A program made the translations under genes and the position numbers. Source: Negativicoccus succinicivorans (GTDB lineage: Bacteria > Bacillota > Negativicutes > Veillonellales > Negativicoccaceae). Taken from it: DNA of 64,000 nt. Of this stretch, positions 39,488-48,623 are shown piece by piece. Numbering within the stretch: the first letter of the stretch is position 1; every line of letters begins with the position of its first letter. The notes under the pieces are model-generated. The model searched no databases. It was not told the DNA's origin and saw only the letters and a list, made by a program, of their open reading frames with translations. The DNA lies in NCBI RefSeq assembly GCF_018372215.1, contig NZ_JAHAJN010000001.1:85801-149800 (forward strand). The letters are read 5' to 3'.

Positions 39488-40341
39488 AATCTCCGGGAGC
39501 ATGCGGTGAATTAATTCAGGGGCAAATTGACGGACAAAACTTTTTAGTTACTTGTCCTATTGAACGATACTCCATCGCAACAGCTTGGCCCAAAACAATT
39601 GCCCATACTCATGAGCTTCCGTATAAAGCGCAACAAGCTGTAACGTTGACTAAAGAGTACTTAAAGATTGTGCAGGATATTGATGTGGTACTGTACTCTG
39701 AACTGAAGGATGGTAAGGGGATGGCCTCCAGTTCGGCAGATATTAGTGCGGTTTGTTTAGCGGTTGCCTTAGCCGCCGAGCGGCATTTGTCGATGCAGGA
39801 GCTGGCGCGTTTAGCACTGTCAATTGAACCCAGCGATGCCACATTTTATCCGGGCATTGTTCAATTTGACCATTTGCAAGGGCGTTTTTTACGGCCGCTC
39901 GGTCATTTTCCGGAAGCTTATATTTGTATTTTTGATCAAGGTGGAGTGATTGACACCGTGGAGTTTAACGCCCGGGAAGACTTGATCAATAAGCGTGCTA
40001 TTAAGGAAAAAGAAATACAAAAAGCCCTTACCCTATTGATAGAAGGTTTACGTAAGGGTGATATGATAAAAATTGGAACAGCTGCTACGATGAGCGCCTA
40101 TGCCAATCAGGAAATATTGCCGCGTCCGTATCTAGCGGATTTGCATGCATGGGGAAAAGAGTTGGGATCTAATGGTGTTATTGTTGCGCACAGTGGCACC
40201 GTTTGCGGGTTGCTGTTGACAGATCTTAAAAAGCTGGAAGATATTCGTAGTGGCCTGGCGGTTGAGTTTGGCAATACACTGACATTTTTAGACTGCGTAA
40301 AAGTTTATAATGGAGGCATACATTTTGTCCATAGATCTTGA
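39472..40341 (+). CDS. pduX: L-threonine kinase PduX-like (GHMP kinase family)
   Basis: MEFVVKSPGACGELIQG N-terminus resembles PduX (ASCGELIQG). GHMP motif GKGMASSSA. Sits between cobS and cobD. Confidence 0.7.
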   Translation: MEFVVKSPGACGELIQGQIDGQNFLVTCPIERYSIATAWPKTIAHTHELPYKAQQAVTLTKEYLKIVQDIDVVLYSELKDGKGMASSSADISAVCLAVALAAERHLSMQELARLALSIEPSDATFYPGIVQFDHLQGRFLRPLGHFPEAYICIFDQGGVIDTVEFNAREDLINKRAIKEKEIQKALTLLIEGLRKGDMIKIGTAATMSAYANQEILPRPYLADLHAWGKELGSNGVIVAHSGTVCGLLLTDLKKLEDIRSGLAVEFGNTLTFLDCVKVYNGGIHFVHRS

Positions 40342-41401
40342 TGCACTTTATGCTTCGTTTCAACATGGCGGCAATATTTATGCCTTGCCGCCATCTGTAC
40401 GGGAGCAAGTAGAAGACTTCAGTGCCAATATCAATCCGTTAGGCCTTTCGCCGGAAGGCGTGGAGGCGTTACAGGATTGGCCGACCTTGGCTTTGCATTA
40501 TCCGGAACCGAATAATAGCACGTTACGAAAAGCAGTGGCTCGATTTTACCAATACGATGAGGCTGGAGTTGTGCTTGGCAACGGGGCTACAGAGCTTTTA
40601 TTTACTGTCTTCAGGTATTGGCGACCGGCTACCGTCTGGATCCCTGTGCCGACATTTAGTGAATATTCACGGGCGGCCATTGCGGTCGGAGCGGAAATAC
40701 GCCAAATTGCTTGGGAAGATCTTCCGAACAGCTTGACGCAGATGAACAAGGGGGATGTCCTTTGCATTTGTTCGCCTAACAATCCGACCGGCGTGTATAC
40801 CGATGTAAGCCAACTAAAGCAGTGGTTGCAAGCAGCACGTACGCGTGGCGCCCGTGTTTTAGTAGACGAGTCATTTATTGATTTTAATCCTAATTTGGAT
40901 ACGGCCAGAAGTCTTCTCGGTAAATGCGATGACTTTGTAGTATTGCATTCATTGACAAAATTTTGGGGTATTCCCGGTTTGCGCGCCGGCGTCATGTTTG
41001 CTGCGCCTCAATTGGCGGAAACGGTGTATGCCGATCTCGACATTTGGAATGTCAATGCGCTGACCGCATCCTATTTAAAAGCGGCTTTTAATGATATAGA
41101 ATATTTTCAAAATACGCAACGATTTGTCTATGAGGAAAAAGAACGCGTATATGAAAACTATGTAGCGCTTTCGGAATTTTTTGTATATCCGCCCACGGCT
41201 AATTTTATTCTGCTGAACTTACAAGGGAAAATCACTGCCGCTGAACTTACTGAACGCTTATTGGCGAAGGGGTTAATGATTCGCAATTGTGATAATTACC
41301 ACGGCCTTGATGCGTACCATGTGCGGATTGCTATTCGCCAAGCGGCCGCCAATGACAGGTTGTTTACGGCGATTTCTAAGGAGGTATCGCGATCCAGGTG
41401 A
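40310..41401 (+). CDS. cobD: L-threonine-O-3-phosphate decarboxylase (CobD; PLP fold type I)
   Basis: HGGNIY...DFSANINPLG N-terminal signature. Aminotransferase class I/II fold. Confidence 0.8.
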   Translation: MEAYILSIDLDALYASFQHGGNIYALPPSVREQVEDFSANINPLGLSPEGVEALQDWPTLALHYPEPNNSTLRKAVARFYQYDEAGVVLGNGATELLFTVFRYWRPATVWIPVPTFSEYSRAAIAVGAEIRQIAWEDLPNSLTQMNKGDVLCICSPNNPTGVYTDVSQLKQWLQAARTRGARVLVDESFIDFNPNLDTARSLLGKCDDFVVLHSLTKFWGIPGLRAGVMFAAPQLAETVYADLDIWNVNALTASYLKAAFNDIEYFQNTQRFVYEEKERVYENYVALSEFFVYPPTANFILLNLQGKITAAELTERLLAKGLMIRNCDNYHGLDAYHVRIAIRQAAANDRLFTAISKEVSRSR

Positions 41402-42009
41402 TTACACTTTATTTGATTCGTCACGGTGAAACCGTTTGGAATTTTTCCGGTCAGTATCAGGGCGTGACTGATGTCGCGCTGAGCGATTTAGGGCGTCGGC
41501 AGGCACAATGTCTGGTGGATTATTTTGCTGATTTACCTTTAGATGCCGTTTATGCGAGTGATTTGGAACGAGCAGTGGAAACGGCACAACCCTTGGCCGA
41601 CGCCAAAGGTCTTATTGTTGAATTGCGTTCCGGATTAAGAGAAATCAATTTCGGTGATTGGGAAGGTCTTACTTACGAGCAGATTAATTCCAGGTGGCCG
41701 GGAAGTATTGAGCATATGTATGCCAATGCATCAAGCGTGCGTATCTCCAACGGCGAGTCTTTTGGTGATCTTCAACAGCGCGCCGCAAGAACGATCGAAG
41801 AGATCACTCGCGCTCATCCGGATGAGGCGGTAGCTATTGTATGCCACGGTGGCACCATTCGCTGTATTTTATGCACTTTACTGGGATTGGATCTGGATCT
41901 TGCATGGAATTTTCGGCAGGCAAATGCCAATGTCACCATGATCGAATATTATGGTGATCGAAACTTGTTGGCACTTTTAAATGATACGCATCATTTAAAG
42001 AAATTGTAA
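41398..42009 (+). CDS. cobC: Alpha-ribazole phosphatase (histidine phosphatase family)
   Basis: LIRHGETVWN catalytic-His motif. About 200 aa. GTG start overlapping the cobD stop. Confidence 0.8.
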   Translation: MITLYLIRHGETVWNFSGQYQGVTDVALSDLGRRQAQCLVDYFADLPLDAVYASDLERAVETAQPLADAKGLIVELRSGLREINFGDWEGLTYEQINSRWPGSIEHMYANASSVRISNGESFGDLQQRAARTIEEITRAHPDEAVAIVCHGGTIRCILCTLLGLDLDLAWNFRQANANVTMIEYYGDRNLLALLNDTHHLKKL

Positions 42010-42025
42010 GTTAAAATCATAGTTT

Positions 42026-42054
42026 TTCAATACTTTTTATGGTAATATTATATT
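42026..42054 (+). promoter_or_regulatory. Putative sigma-A promoter for pepP (TTCAAT, 17 bp, TATATT)
   Basis: AT-rich intergenic region. Hexamer spacing read directly. Confidence 0.3.
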
Positions 42055-42081
42055 GAATAAATATACAGGAAGGCGTTATAC

Positions 42082-43131
42082 ATGGTAGGACAAACCCACC
42101 TTCCCAAACCGCAAGAACACTCTGCCATTTGGGTGCATAAAGATGAAAATGTCAGGTTTTTGAGCCGCTTTACCGGTGATAGTACAGAGCTTTTAATTAC
42201 ACCGCGAAGGTGTCTTTTAATCACCGATTCTAGGTACACGGAACAGGCGATGGTAGAGGCTGAAGGTTGGGAGGTTATCAATCATCAAGGACAATTATAT
42301 GCCACCATCAGTAAAATCTTACAAGAGGAAAATATATCCTTATTATCGGTAGAAGCAAGTTCATTATCGGTAATGGCATATTGGAAGTTGCAAGAACAGT
42401 GCCCTGAACTAGTCATAAATAACATCGATTTAGATCCATTGCGTCAAGTCAAAAAAGATACGGAGCTTTACTATTTAAAAAGAGCCGCACAAATAGCGGC
42501 GAACGCGTTACATGATATTTTACCGCAGATTGCAGCACAACGCACCGAAAATGAAGTACGTATTGCTTTGGAACAGGCCATGCTTGCGCATGGTTCGGAA
42601 CATACCGCGTTTGCTACGATTGTTGCTTCGGGTAAACGTTCCGCATTGCCGCATGGTACGGCAACCGACAAGCGCATTGAGATCGGTGACTTCGTGACGA
42701 TCGATTTTGGCGCAGTGTATCGCGGCTATCATTCCGATATGACACGCACCTTTGTGATCGGTTCAGCGAGCGATCGACAGAGACAATTATATGACGCGGT
42801 CGCACACGTACAAAGAGAAAGTGTAAAAAAAGTTCGAAGCGGTGTAGCGGTCCACACTATCGATGCATTTGCGCGACAGGAATTCGGGAAGGCAGGGCTG
42901 AATCAATATTTCATTCATTCGCTTGGCCATGGGGTAGGGTTGGAAATACATGAGTTACCTACACTATCACCGAAATGTGAAACCGTATTGGAACCTAATA
43001 TGGTAGTTACCGTAGAGCCAGGGATATATATATCCGGATATGGCGGTATACGGATTGAAGATACAGTAGTGGTAAAAGAGGGAGAACCTGAGATAATCAC
43101 GCTTTTTCCCCATGAATTAATGGAGCTTTAA
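42082..43131 (+). CDS. pepP: Xaa-Pro aminopeptidase/dipeptidase (M24B family)
   Basis: Creatinase-like N-terminal domain followed by the pita-bread fold with HGVGLEIHE. Confidence 0.85.
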   Translation: MVGQTHLPKPQEHSAIWVHKDENVRFLSRFTGDSTELLITPRRCLLITDSRYTEQAMVEAEGWEVINHQGQLYATISKILQEENISLLSVEASSLSVMAYWKLQEQCPELVINNIDLDPLRQVKKDTELYYLKRAAQIAANALHDILPQIAAQRTENEVRIALEQAMLAHGSEHTAFATIVASGKRSALPHGTATDKRIEIGDFVTIDFGAVYRGYHSDMTRTFVIGSASDRQRQLYDAVAHVQRESVKKVRSGVAVHTIDAFARQEFGKAGLNQYFIHSLGHGVGLEIHELPTLSPKCETVLEPNMVVTVEPGIYISGYGGIRIEDTVVVKEGEPEIITLFPHELMEL

Positions 43132-43166
43132 AAGTCAATAGAGTATTTGAAGTGGAGGCTTAACAG

Positions 43167-43724
43167 ATGATTTCTAGTAACGATTTTCGCCCAGGTGTAA
43201 CGATTGAAATTGACAATCAAGTATGGCAGGTAGTGGATTTCCAGCACGTTAAACCAGGTAAGGGGGCCGCTTTCGTACGTGCCAAAATCAAAAACTTGCA
43301 AACCGGTGCGGTCATAGAACGCACCTTTAACGCGGGGGAAAAATTACCGAAAGCGCAAGTGGATCGCCGCCCGATGCAATATCTTTATGCAGACGGTGAC
43401 AGCTTCCATTTCATGGATACAGAAACCTATGATCAGGTTATGCTGACGAAAGATCAGTTAACGGAAGCCCTGAATTTCTTGAAAGAAAATATGGAAATCA
43501 CGGTGCTTTTCTTTAACGGCACAATTATCGGTGTTGAGCTGCCCAACTCTGTAGATTTGACGGTAGTTGAAACAGACCCGGGAATTCGTGGAGATACGGC
43601 TACAGGCGGTACGAAACCGGCGAAATTGGAAACAGGATACGTTGTAAAGGTGCCGATGTTTATTAATGAGGGCGACGTTTTGCGAATTGATACCCGTTCA
43701 GGCGCCTACATCGAGCGTGCATAA
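43167..43724 (+). CDS. efp: Elongation factor P
   Basis: [10 protein letters not shown]...[10 protein letters not shown]. 185 aa. Confidence 0.95.
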   Translation: MISSNDFRPGVTIEIDNQVWQVVDFQHVKPGKGAAFVRAKIKNLQTGAVIERTFNAGEKLPKAQVDRRPMQYLYADGDSFHFMDTETYDQVMLTKDQLTEALNFLKENMEITVLFFNGTIIGVELPNSVDLTVVETDPGIRGDTATGGTKPAKLETGYVVKVPMFINEGDVLRIDTRSGAYIERA

Positions 43725-43736
43725 TTTTAGAAGTCT

Positions 43737-43768
43737 ACAAAAGCGATGATTTTCATCGCTTTTGTTAC
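43737..43768 (+). terminator. Weak rho-independent terminator after efp (aaagcgatga ttttc atcgcttt followed by tgtt)
   Basis: Hairpin present, but the U-tract is short and interrupted. Confidence 0.4.
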
Positions 43769-43782
43769 ATCAAAGGAGATCC

Positions 43783-44169
43783 ATGTCACTTGCAGCAGAA
43801 CATACCGAGTGGGGGGATATTCAAATATCCGATCAGGCTCTCGCAGCTATTGTGGGAATAGCTACCAGAGAATTTTCGGATATTGTTGGCATGGAGTCCA
43901 CATTAATCCATGACATCAGCTCCATGTTCGGAAAGGATCCGAATACACTGGGAGTATCGATTGATTCCAATGAAAACGAAGTAAAAGTGGACCTTTACCT
44001 TCGTGTGAGGTATGGTTTGCGAATCCCTGACCTTACTTTGCGATTGCAGGAGGCGGTACGCAGCACTTTGGAAAAGTATACAGGGGTTACCATACTGGCC
44101 ATCAATGTATATGTGCAAAGCATTGCTTTTGAACCGATAGAAAGCGTGTCAGACGATGGCGCCAAATAA
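43783..44169 (+). CDS. Asp23/Gls24 family envelope stress (alkaline shock) protein
   Basis: Asp23 fold signatures (IAIA..E.....GV, V.VDLY..V.YG..I). AAAGGAG RBS. Confidence 0.8.
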   Translation: MSLAAEHTEWGDIQISDQALAAIVGIATREFSDIVGMESTLIHDISSMFGKDPNTLGVSIDSNENEVKVDLYLRVRYGLRIPDLTLRLQEAVRSTLEKYTGVTILAINVYVQSIAFEPIESVSDDGAK

Positions 44170-44521
44170 CAAAGCTACCGACGTAAATATGCAGTTGGCA
44201 TACAGCCTGATGGCCACGAAGATTCGTGATAGGATCATGGCCGAGCCGGGTGTTGCCGCCATTACAGAACATATGATGGATGAATTCATGACATCGCTAC
44301 CGATGAGTCGCCGTAAGCTGATTCACGGCATTGTTTTAAGCAAACACAAGGATGGTTGGTATATTGCCGTTTCCTTGATTTTGTATTACGGTTATGAAAT
44401 CATTCCTCTATGCCGTAAGCTGCAGTCAGAAATCATTCAAAAGTGGAAAGAAGAAGAGGGCATTACCATCAAAGAAGTGCAGATTTATATTGAAACCGTT
44501 GTGAATGAGGAACCAATATGA
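44156..44521 (+). CDS. Small Asp23-like hypothetical protein (121 aa)
   Basis: Weak Asp23-type C-terminal pattern (WYIAV.L.L.YGYEIIP...L...I......G.TIKEVQIYIETV). Translationally coupled on both sides. Confidence 0.5.
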   Translation: MAPNNKATDVNMQLAYSLMATKIRDRIMAEPGVAAITEHMMDEFMTSLPMSRRKLIHGIVLSKHKDGWYIAVSLILYYGYEIIPLCRKLQSEIIQKWKEEEGITIKEVQIYIETVVNEEPI

Positions 44522-44907
44522 CCAGAAGACAAGCCAGAATTCAGGCTTTGCAATTGCTCTACAGTCGTGAAATCAATCCCGATGCGGAAGAGTCTGTATT
44601 GCCGGATCAGGAGAGTAGCGGTCATGATGAATATGCGCAAAAAATAATCACTGCTGTTGATCAAAATCGAACGGCGATTGATGTTCTTATCAATCGATAC
44701 AGTAAAAACTGGAACACTGCACAAATGAATAAAGTGGATCTGGTGCTACTGCGGATGGCGATTGCGGAAAGCAAATATATTGAGGACGAGGAGCTGACAC
44801 CAGCTATTATCATCAATGAAGCGTTAGATTTAACACGCCAATATTCTACCGATGAAGCCGTACGATTTGTTAACGGCGTATTGGATGCTGCCATGAAAGA
44901 TTCCTGA
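44518..44907 (+). CDS. nusB: Transcription antitermination factor NusB
   Basis: MTRRQARIQALQLLYSREIN. 129 aa. Confidence 0.92.
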   Translation: MTRRQARIQALQLLYSREINPDAEESVLPDQESSGHDEYAQKIITAVDQNRTAIDVLINRYSKNWNTAQMNKVDLVLLRMAIAESKYIEDEELTPAIIINEALDLTRQYSTDEAVRFVNGVLDAAMKDS

Positions 44908-44909
44908 TT

Positions 44910-45860
44910 ATGCATGCACTCGGCATTGATACCAGTTGTTACACTACATCCGTAGCTATTGTCAATGAAAAATTCGAAGTCGTGACACAAGCACGACGCC
45001 TTTTGAAGGTTAAGGCGGGAAAACGCGGTCTTTCTCAATCCGAAATGCTTTACCAACATGTTCGTAATTTGCCGGAGTTGATCATGCAATTGCGGCAAGA
45101 ATACGCCGGAAGGATAGATGTGATTGGCGTGTCCGCTGTTCCGCGTCGTCGGGAAGATTCCTATATGCCGGCTTTTTTGGCCGGATTAGGAACAGCGCAT
45201 TCGCTGGCAAGTGTCTTACGTGTTCCTTTGCACCGCTTCAGTCATCAGGAAAATCACGTTTTTGCAGCCATTCGCGACTACCCGGAACTTTGGCAGGAGC
45301 CACTTTATATGCTGCATCTGAGCGGCGGCACTACCGATTGGTTGGAAGTGAAATGGCAAACGGAGGGACTTGCCATTGCCGAGCTGGCTACGAGCGACGA
45401 TATTTCCGCCGGACAGTTGATCGACCGCATTGGCGTCATGTTGGGCTTGCCTTTTCCTGCCGGACCTTCTTTGGAAAGGTTGGCGCAACAAGGGAAACTT
45501 TCGTATCGCTTGTCGCTACCGCGAAGACTGGATTCACTCAGTTTTGCCGGTGCGGAAACGCAATTGCGCAAAGTATATGAGAAGGGGGATCTCTCAAAGC
45601 AGGATTTAGCGGTCTCCGTATTCGATTACATTTGTCGTATTTTAGCCCGTACTGCGAAGCGTTTAAATTTTGAACAAGGACGTCCCTTTATTGCGGTCGG
45701 CGGTGTATTTGCAAACATGTATTTGCGCAATGAGTTTTCGGAGATTTTAAGAAATCTTCATTTGCAACCATTTCTTGCAGCACCGGAATACAGCAGCGAC
45801 AATGCCACCGGCAATGCGTTCGCCGCGATGAGATATCAATTATGCGCATTCAAACAGTAG
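44910..45860 (+). CDS. Kae1/TsaD-like ASKHA-fold protein (316 aa; paralog of N6-threonylcarbamoyladenosine synthase family)
   Basis: N-terminus GIDTSCYTTSVAIV (compare TsaD GIETSCDDT.VAI). H-x-E-x-H (HQENH) at the position of the TsaD HMEGH metal site. C-terminal GGVFAN..LR. Confidence 0.6.
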   Translation: MHALGIDTSCYTTSVAIVNEKFEVVTQARRLLKVKAGKRGLSQSEMLYQHVRNLPELIMQLRQEYAGRIDVIGVSAVPRRREDSYMPAFLAGLGTAHSLASVLRVPLHRFSHQENHVFAAIRDYPELWQEPLYMLHLSGGTTDWLEVKWQTEGLAIAELATSDDISAGQLIDRIGVMLGLPFPAGPSLERLAQQGKLSYRLSLPRRLDSLSFAGAETQLRKVYEKGDLSKQDLAVSVFDYICRILARTAKRLNFEQGRPFIAVGGVFANMYLRNEFSEILRNLHLQPFLAAPEYSSDNATGNAFAAMRYQLCAFKQ

Positions 45861-47047
45861 CGGAAGTAACATCCTATCTCGAGAAAAAAATAAATACGGA
45901 TTATCTCCTGCAATCATTATGGATTGAAGGCGTAGTAGCGGAAACAGGACGTTCGGCGCGAGGGCATCTTTTTTTCTCATTGGAAGACCCTGCAACATCA
46001 TCTCGTATCAGTTGTGTTCTTTGGGCAAGTAAAGCGCGTTTATTTGAAAAGATGATCCAGGTCGGCGCAATGGTAGTTGTTTCAGGTAAGCTGAACTATC
46101 AGTCAGCATACCAAAGCTTGCGGTTGGTTGCCGATCGTGTAAATATTAAAGGTAAATCCGCACAAACATTGGCACGAGAAAAAATGGTGGAAGACTTACG
46201 TGCTCGAGGCTTTTTCGTATGGGAACGCAAGCGAAAATTACCGACTCATCCTTCGCGGATCGGTATTGTGACTTCTCCGGAAGGTGCGGTTTTGCATGAT
46301 TTGAAACGTATGATCGGCCAGCGTAACCCACTCGTGAAGGTTACCGTGTTTCCAACACGTGTACAAGGCGCCGAGGCGGCGCAGGAAATTGCGGATGCCA
46401 TTATATCTGCTAATGCAGAAAAGGAACTTTGCGATATATTAATTATTGCTCGCGGAGGAGGTTCACAGGCAGAACTTGCACCGTATGACAATGAAACGGT
46501 TTTGACCGCAGCGTTCCAGTCGCGTATTCCGACGATTTCAGCAATCGGTCATGAAAACGACCACCCGTTGCTTGATTTGGTCACTGACGTTCGTGCCGCG
46601 ACGCCGACACATGCCGCGCAACTTGCCGTTCCTGCATTGACGGAGATCGCCGTTGCCTTTCAGCATACTCTGCAACGCTTGTTGACTGCTTGGCAATATT
46701 ATGATAAACAGCGTACCTACCAATGGCATCAACTCGTTCGGAAGTTTGCTCAAACCGGAGTGACACAAAGCCATTTAGTATCAGCTCAAAATTGGCAACG
46801 ACACAAATGGCGTTTGTTTTTAGCAGCGCAATCATTATATGAAAAAGAAAAGAGCCGTCAACAGGAGCAAACGCGGAAACTGATGCAGTTGTCTCCTGAA
46901 GAAATGTTTCGTAACGGTTACTTTTGGTTGGAGCAAAACCAACATCGCCTTACCGCGCTTACCGAATGTCACCTTGGCGAAGAACTTACGATTATTGGTG
47001 AAAAAGTGAGCATCGTAGCGGAAGTGAAGGAGATTTTAAAGCGATGA
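45842..47047 (+). CDS. xseA: Exodeoxyribonuclease VII large subunit
   Basis: OB-fold N-terminus (LWIEGVVAE...GHLFFSLED) plus catalytic core. 401 aa. Confidence 0.9.
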   Translation: MRIQTVAEVTSYLEKKINTDYLLQSLWIEGVVAETGRSARGHLFFSLEDPATSSRISCVLWASKARLFEKMIQVGAMVVVSGKLNYQSAYQSLRLVADRVNIKGKSAQTLAREKMVEDLRARGFFVWERKRKLPTHPSRIGIVTSPEGAVLHDLKRMIGQRNPLVKVTVFPTRVQGAEAAQEIADAIISANAEKELCDILIIARGGGSQAELAPYDNETVLTAAFQSRIPTISAIGHENDHPLLDLVTDVRAATPTHAAQLAVPALTEIAVAFQHTLQRLLTAWQYYDKQRTYQWHQLVRKFAQTGVTQSHLVSAQNWQRHKWRLFLAAQSLYEKEKSRQQEQTRKLMQLSPEEMFRNGYFWLEQNQHRLTALTECHLGEELTIIGEKVSIVAEVKEILKR

Positions 47048-47283
47048 ATTCTGAATCTAAGGATTTTGAAAAAATCATGCAACGACTGACGGAAATCACT
47101 TCGACATTGGAAAGCGGTGAGCTCACATTGGAACAGGCGCTTGCCTTATTTAAAGAGGGTACGGAACTTGCTCGTGTCGGAGACAGCCTGTTGACGGAAT
47201 ACGGTGAACTTGCGGAAAGCTACCGCAGCGAACTCACTGCTTTACAAAGTGTACAGGACGGAGTCGGCAATGATTCCATTTGA
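47044..47283 (+). CDS. xseB: Exodeoxyribonuclease VII small subunit
   Basis: 79 aa. FE..M..LEEIV..LE.G.L.LE..L..F.EG pattern. Confidence 0.85.
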   Translation: MNSESKDFEKIMQRLTEITSTLESGELTLEQALALFKEGTELARVGDSLLTEYGELAESYRSELTALQSVQDGVGNDSI

Positions 47284-48154
47284 ACATTATTTAGAGACAC
47301 AAAAAGAGGCTGTTGAAACTGCTCTTTACACACTTTTGAAGCCGCAAGATGATGCCTATAAAGTGTTGTTTGAAGCAATGAACTACAGCCTCTTGGGGGG
47401 CGGTAAACGCGTTCGCCCCATTCTCTTCCTCAGCACACTGGAAGCATTTGATGTTCCCTTGGATCCGTATTTAAATATCGCTGCAGCCATTGAATGTGTG
47501 CATACCTATTCATTGATTCACGATGATTTACCATGTATGGATGATGACGATTATCGTCGCGGCAGGCTGACCAATCACAAAAAATTTACGCCTGCGATTG
47601 CGACGCTGGCAGGGGACGGACTGTTAACCGCAGCCTTTGAAATTATAGCCAAGTCCGAAAATATTTTTCCCACTATTCGTTTACAATTAGTGCAAATTTT
47701 GGCAGAGGCAGCCGGTCCCGATGGGATGGTAGGCGGACAAATTATTGATATGCAAGCGGAAGGGCATGACCAAACCATTTCGCAACTGCGATTTATGGAT
47801 GAACTTAAAACCGGACGTCTCATCACTGCTCCATTGTTAATGGCCGGTGTTATTGCTGAAATGGATGCAGAAAAACAAGCTAAGCTTATTGTATTAGGTC
47901 GTCATCTCGGCTTACTGTTTCAAATTGTCGATGACATTTTAGATAAAATCGGCGACGAAGAGAAACTCGGCAAACGTGTCGGTCAGGACGAAAAGCAGTC
48001 GAAGTCTACGTATGTACAGATGCTTGGCCTGAAGGGAGCGCAGGAAGGGGCACAATTAGAAGCGCAAAAAGCGGTTGAAATTGTGAACGAATTGAATTTG
48101 CAAAATACTTATTTGGCGAAGTTCCCTGACTATTTATTACGAAGAATGATGTAA
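47270..48154 (+). CDS. ispA: Farnesyl diphosphate synthase (geranyltranstransferase)
   Basis: First DDxxD motif (IHDDLPCMDDDDYRRG) and second motif (QIVDDILD). Start ATG 47270 overlaps the xseB end. Confidence 0.85.
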   Translation: MIPFEHYLETQKEAVETALYTLLKPQDDAYKVLFEAMNYSLLGGGKRVRPILFLSTLEAFDVPLDPYLNIAAAIECVHTYSLIHDDLPCMDDDDYRRGRLTNHKKFTPAIATLAGDGLLTAAFEIIAKSENIFPTIRLQLVQILAEAAGPDGMVGGQIIDMQAEGHDQTISQLRFMDELKTGRLITAPLLMAGVIAEMDAEKQAKLIVLGRHLGLLFQIVDDILDKIGDEEKLGKRVGQDEKQSKSTYVQMLGLKGAQEGAQLEAQKAVEIVNELNLQNTYLAKFPDYLLRRMM

Positions 48155-48166
48155 GGAGAAATAGAC

Positions 48167-48622
48167 TTGGAATTATACATTCGTGACATTGCAAGCAATG
48201 TCGTATTTCTCTCTGCCTTTAGCGCATGGCTTATTGCGCAAATCATAAAAGTCATCTTATTTTTAGTAAAGCACCATCGTTTTGATGTTGAACGCTTAGT
48301 TGGGTCCGGCGGTATGCCGAGCTCACACAGCGCTTTGGTAGTAGCTCTTTGTTGTTCGATCGGAATTCAGGAAGGAATCAGTTCCAACATCTTCGCGCTG
48401 GCATTCTTTTTTGCCACTATTGTTATGTACGACGCCGCCGGTGTGCGTCGGGCGGCCGGCAAACAGGCCAAGTTTTTAAACGAGTTGATTCATGAGTTTA
48501 TGGCAGGTCATCCGTTTAATGATGTGAAATTTAAGGAATTGCTTGGACACACACCTTTGGAAGTTTTTGCCGGCGCATTGTTGGGAGTTGCGGTAGCATA
48601 TTCTTACTACCTGTGGTATTGA
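48167..48622 (+). CDS. Divergent PAP2 family membrane protein (YuiD-like, DUF212)
   Basis: GGMPSSHSA motif. 151-aa membrane protein. Confidence 0.75.
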   Translation: MELYIRDIASNVVFLSAFSAWLIAQIIKVILFLVKHHRFDVERLVGSGGMPSSHSALVVALCCSIGIQEGISSNIFALAFFFATIVMYDAAGVRRAAGKQAKFLNELIHEFMAGHPFNDVKFKELLGHTPLEVFAGALLGVAVAYSYYLWY

Positions 48623-48623
48623 T

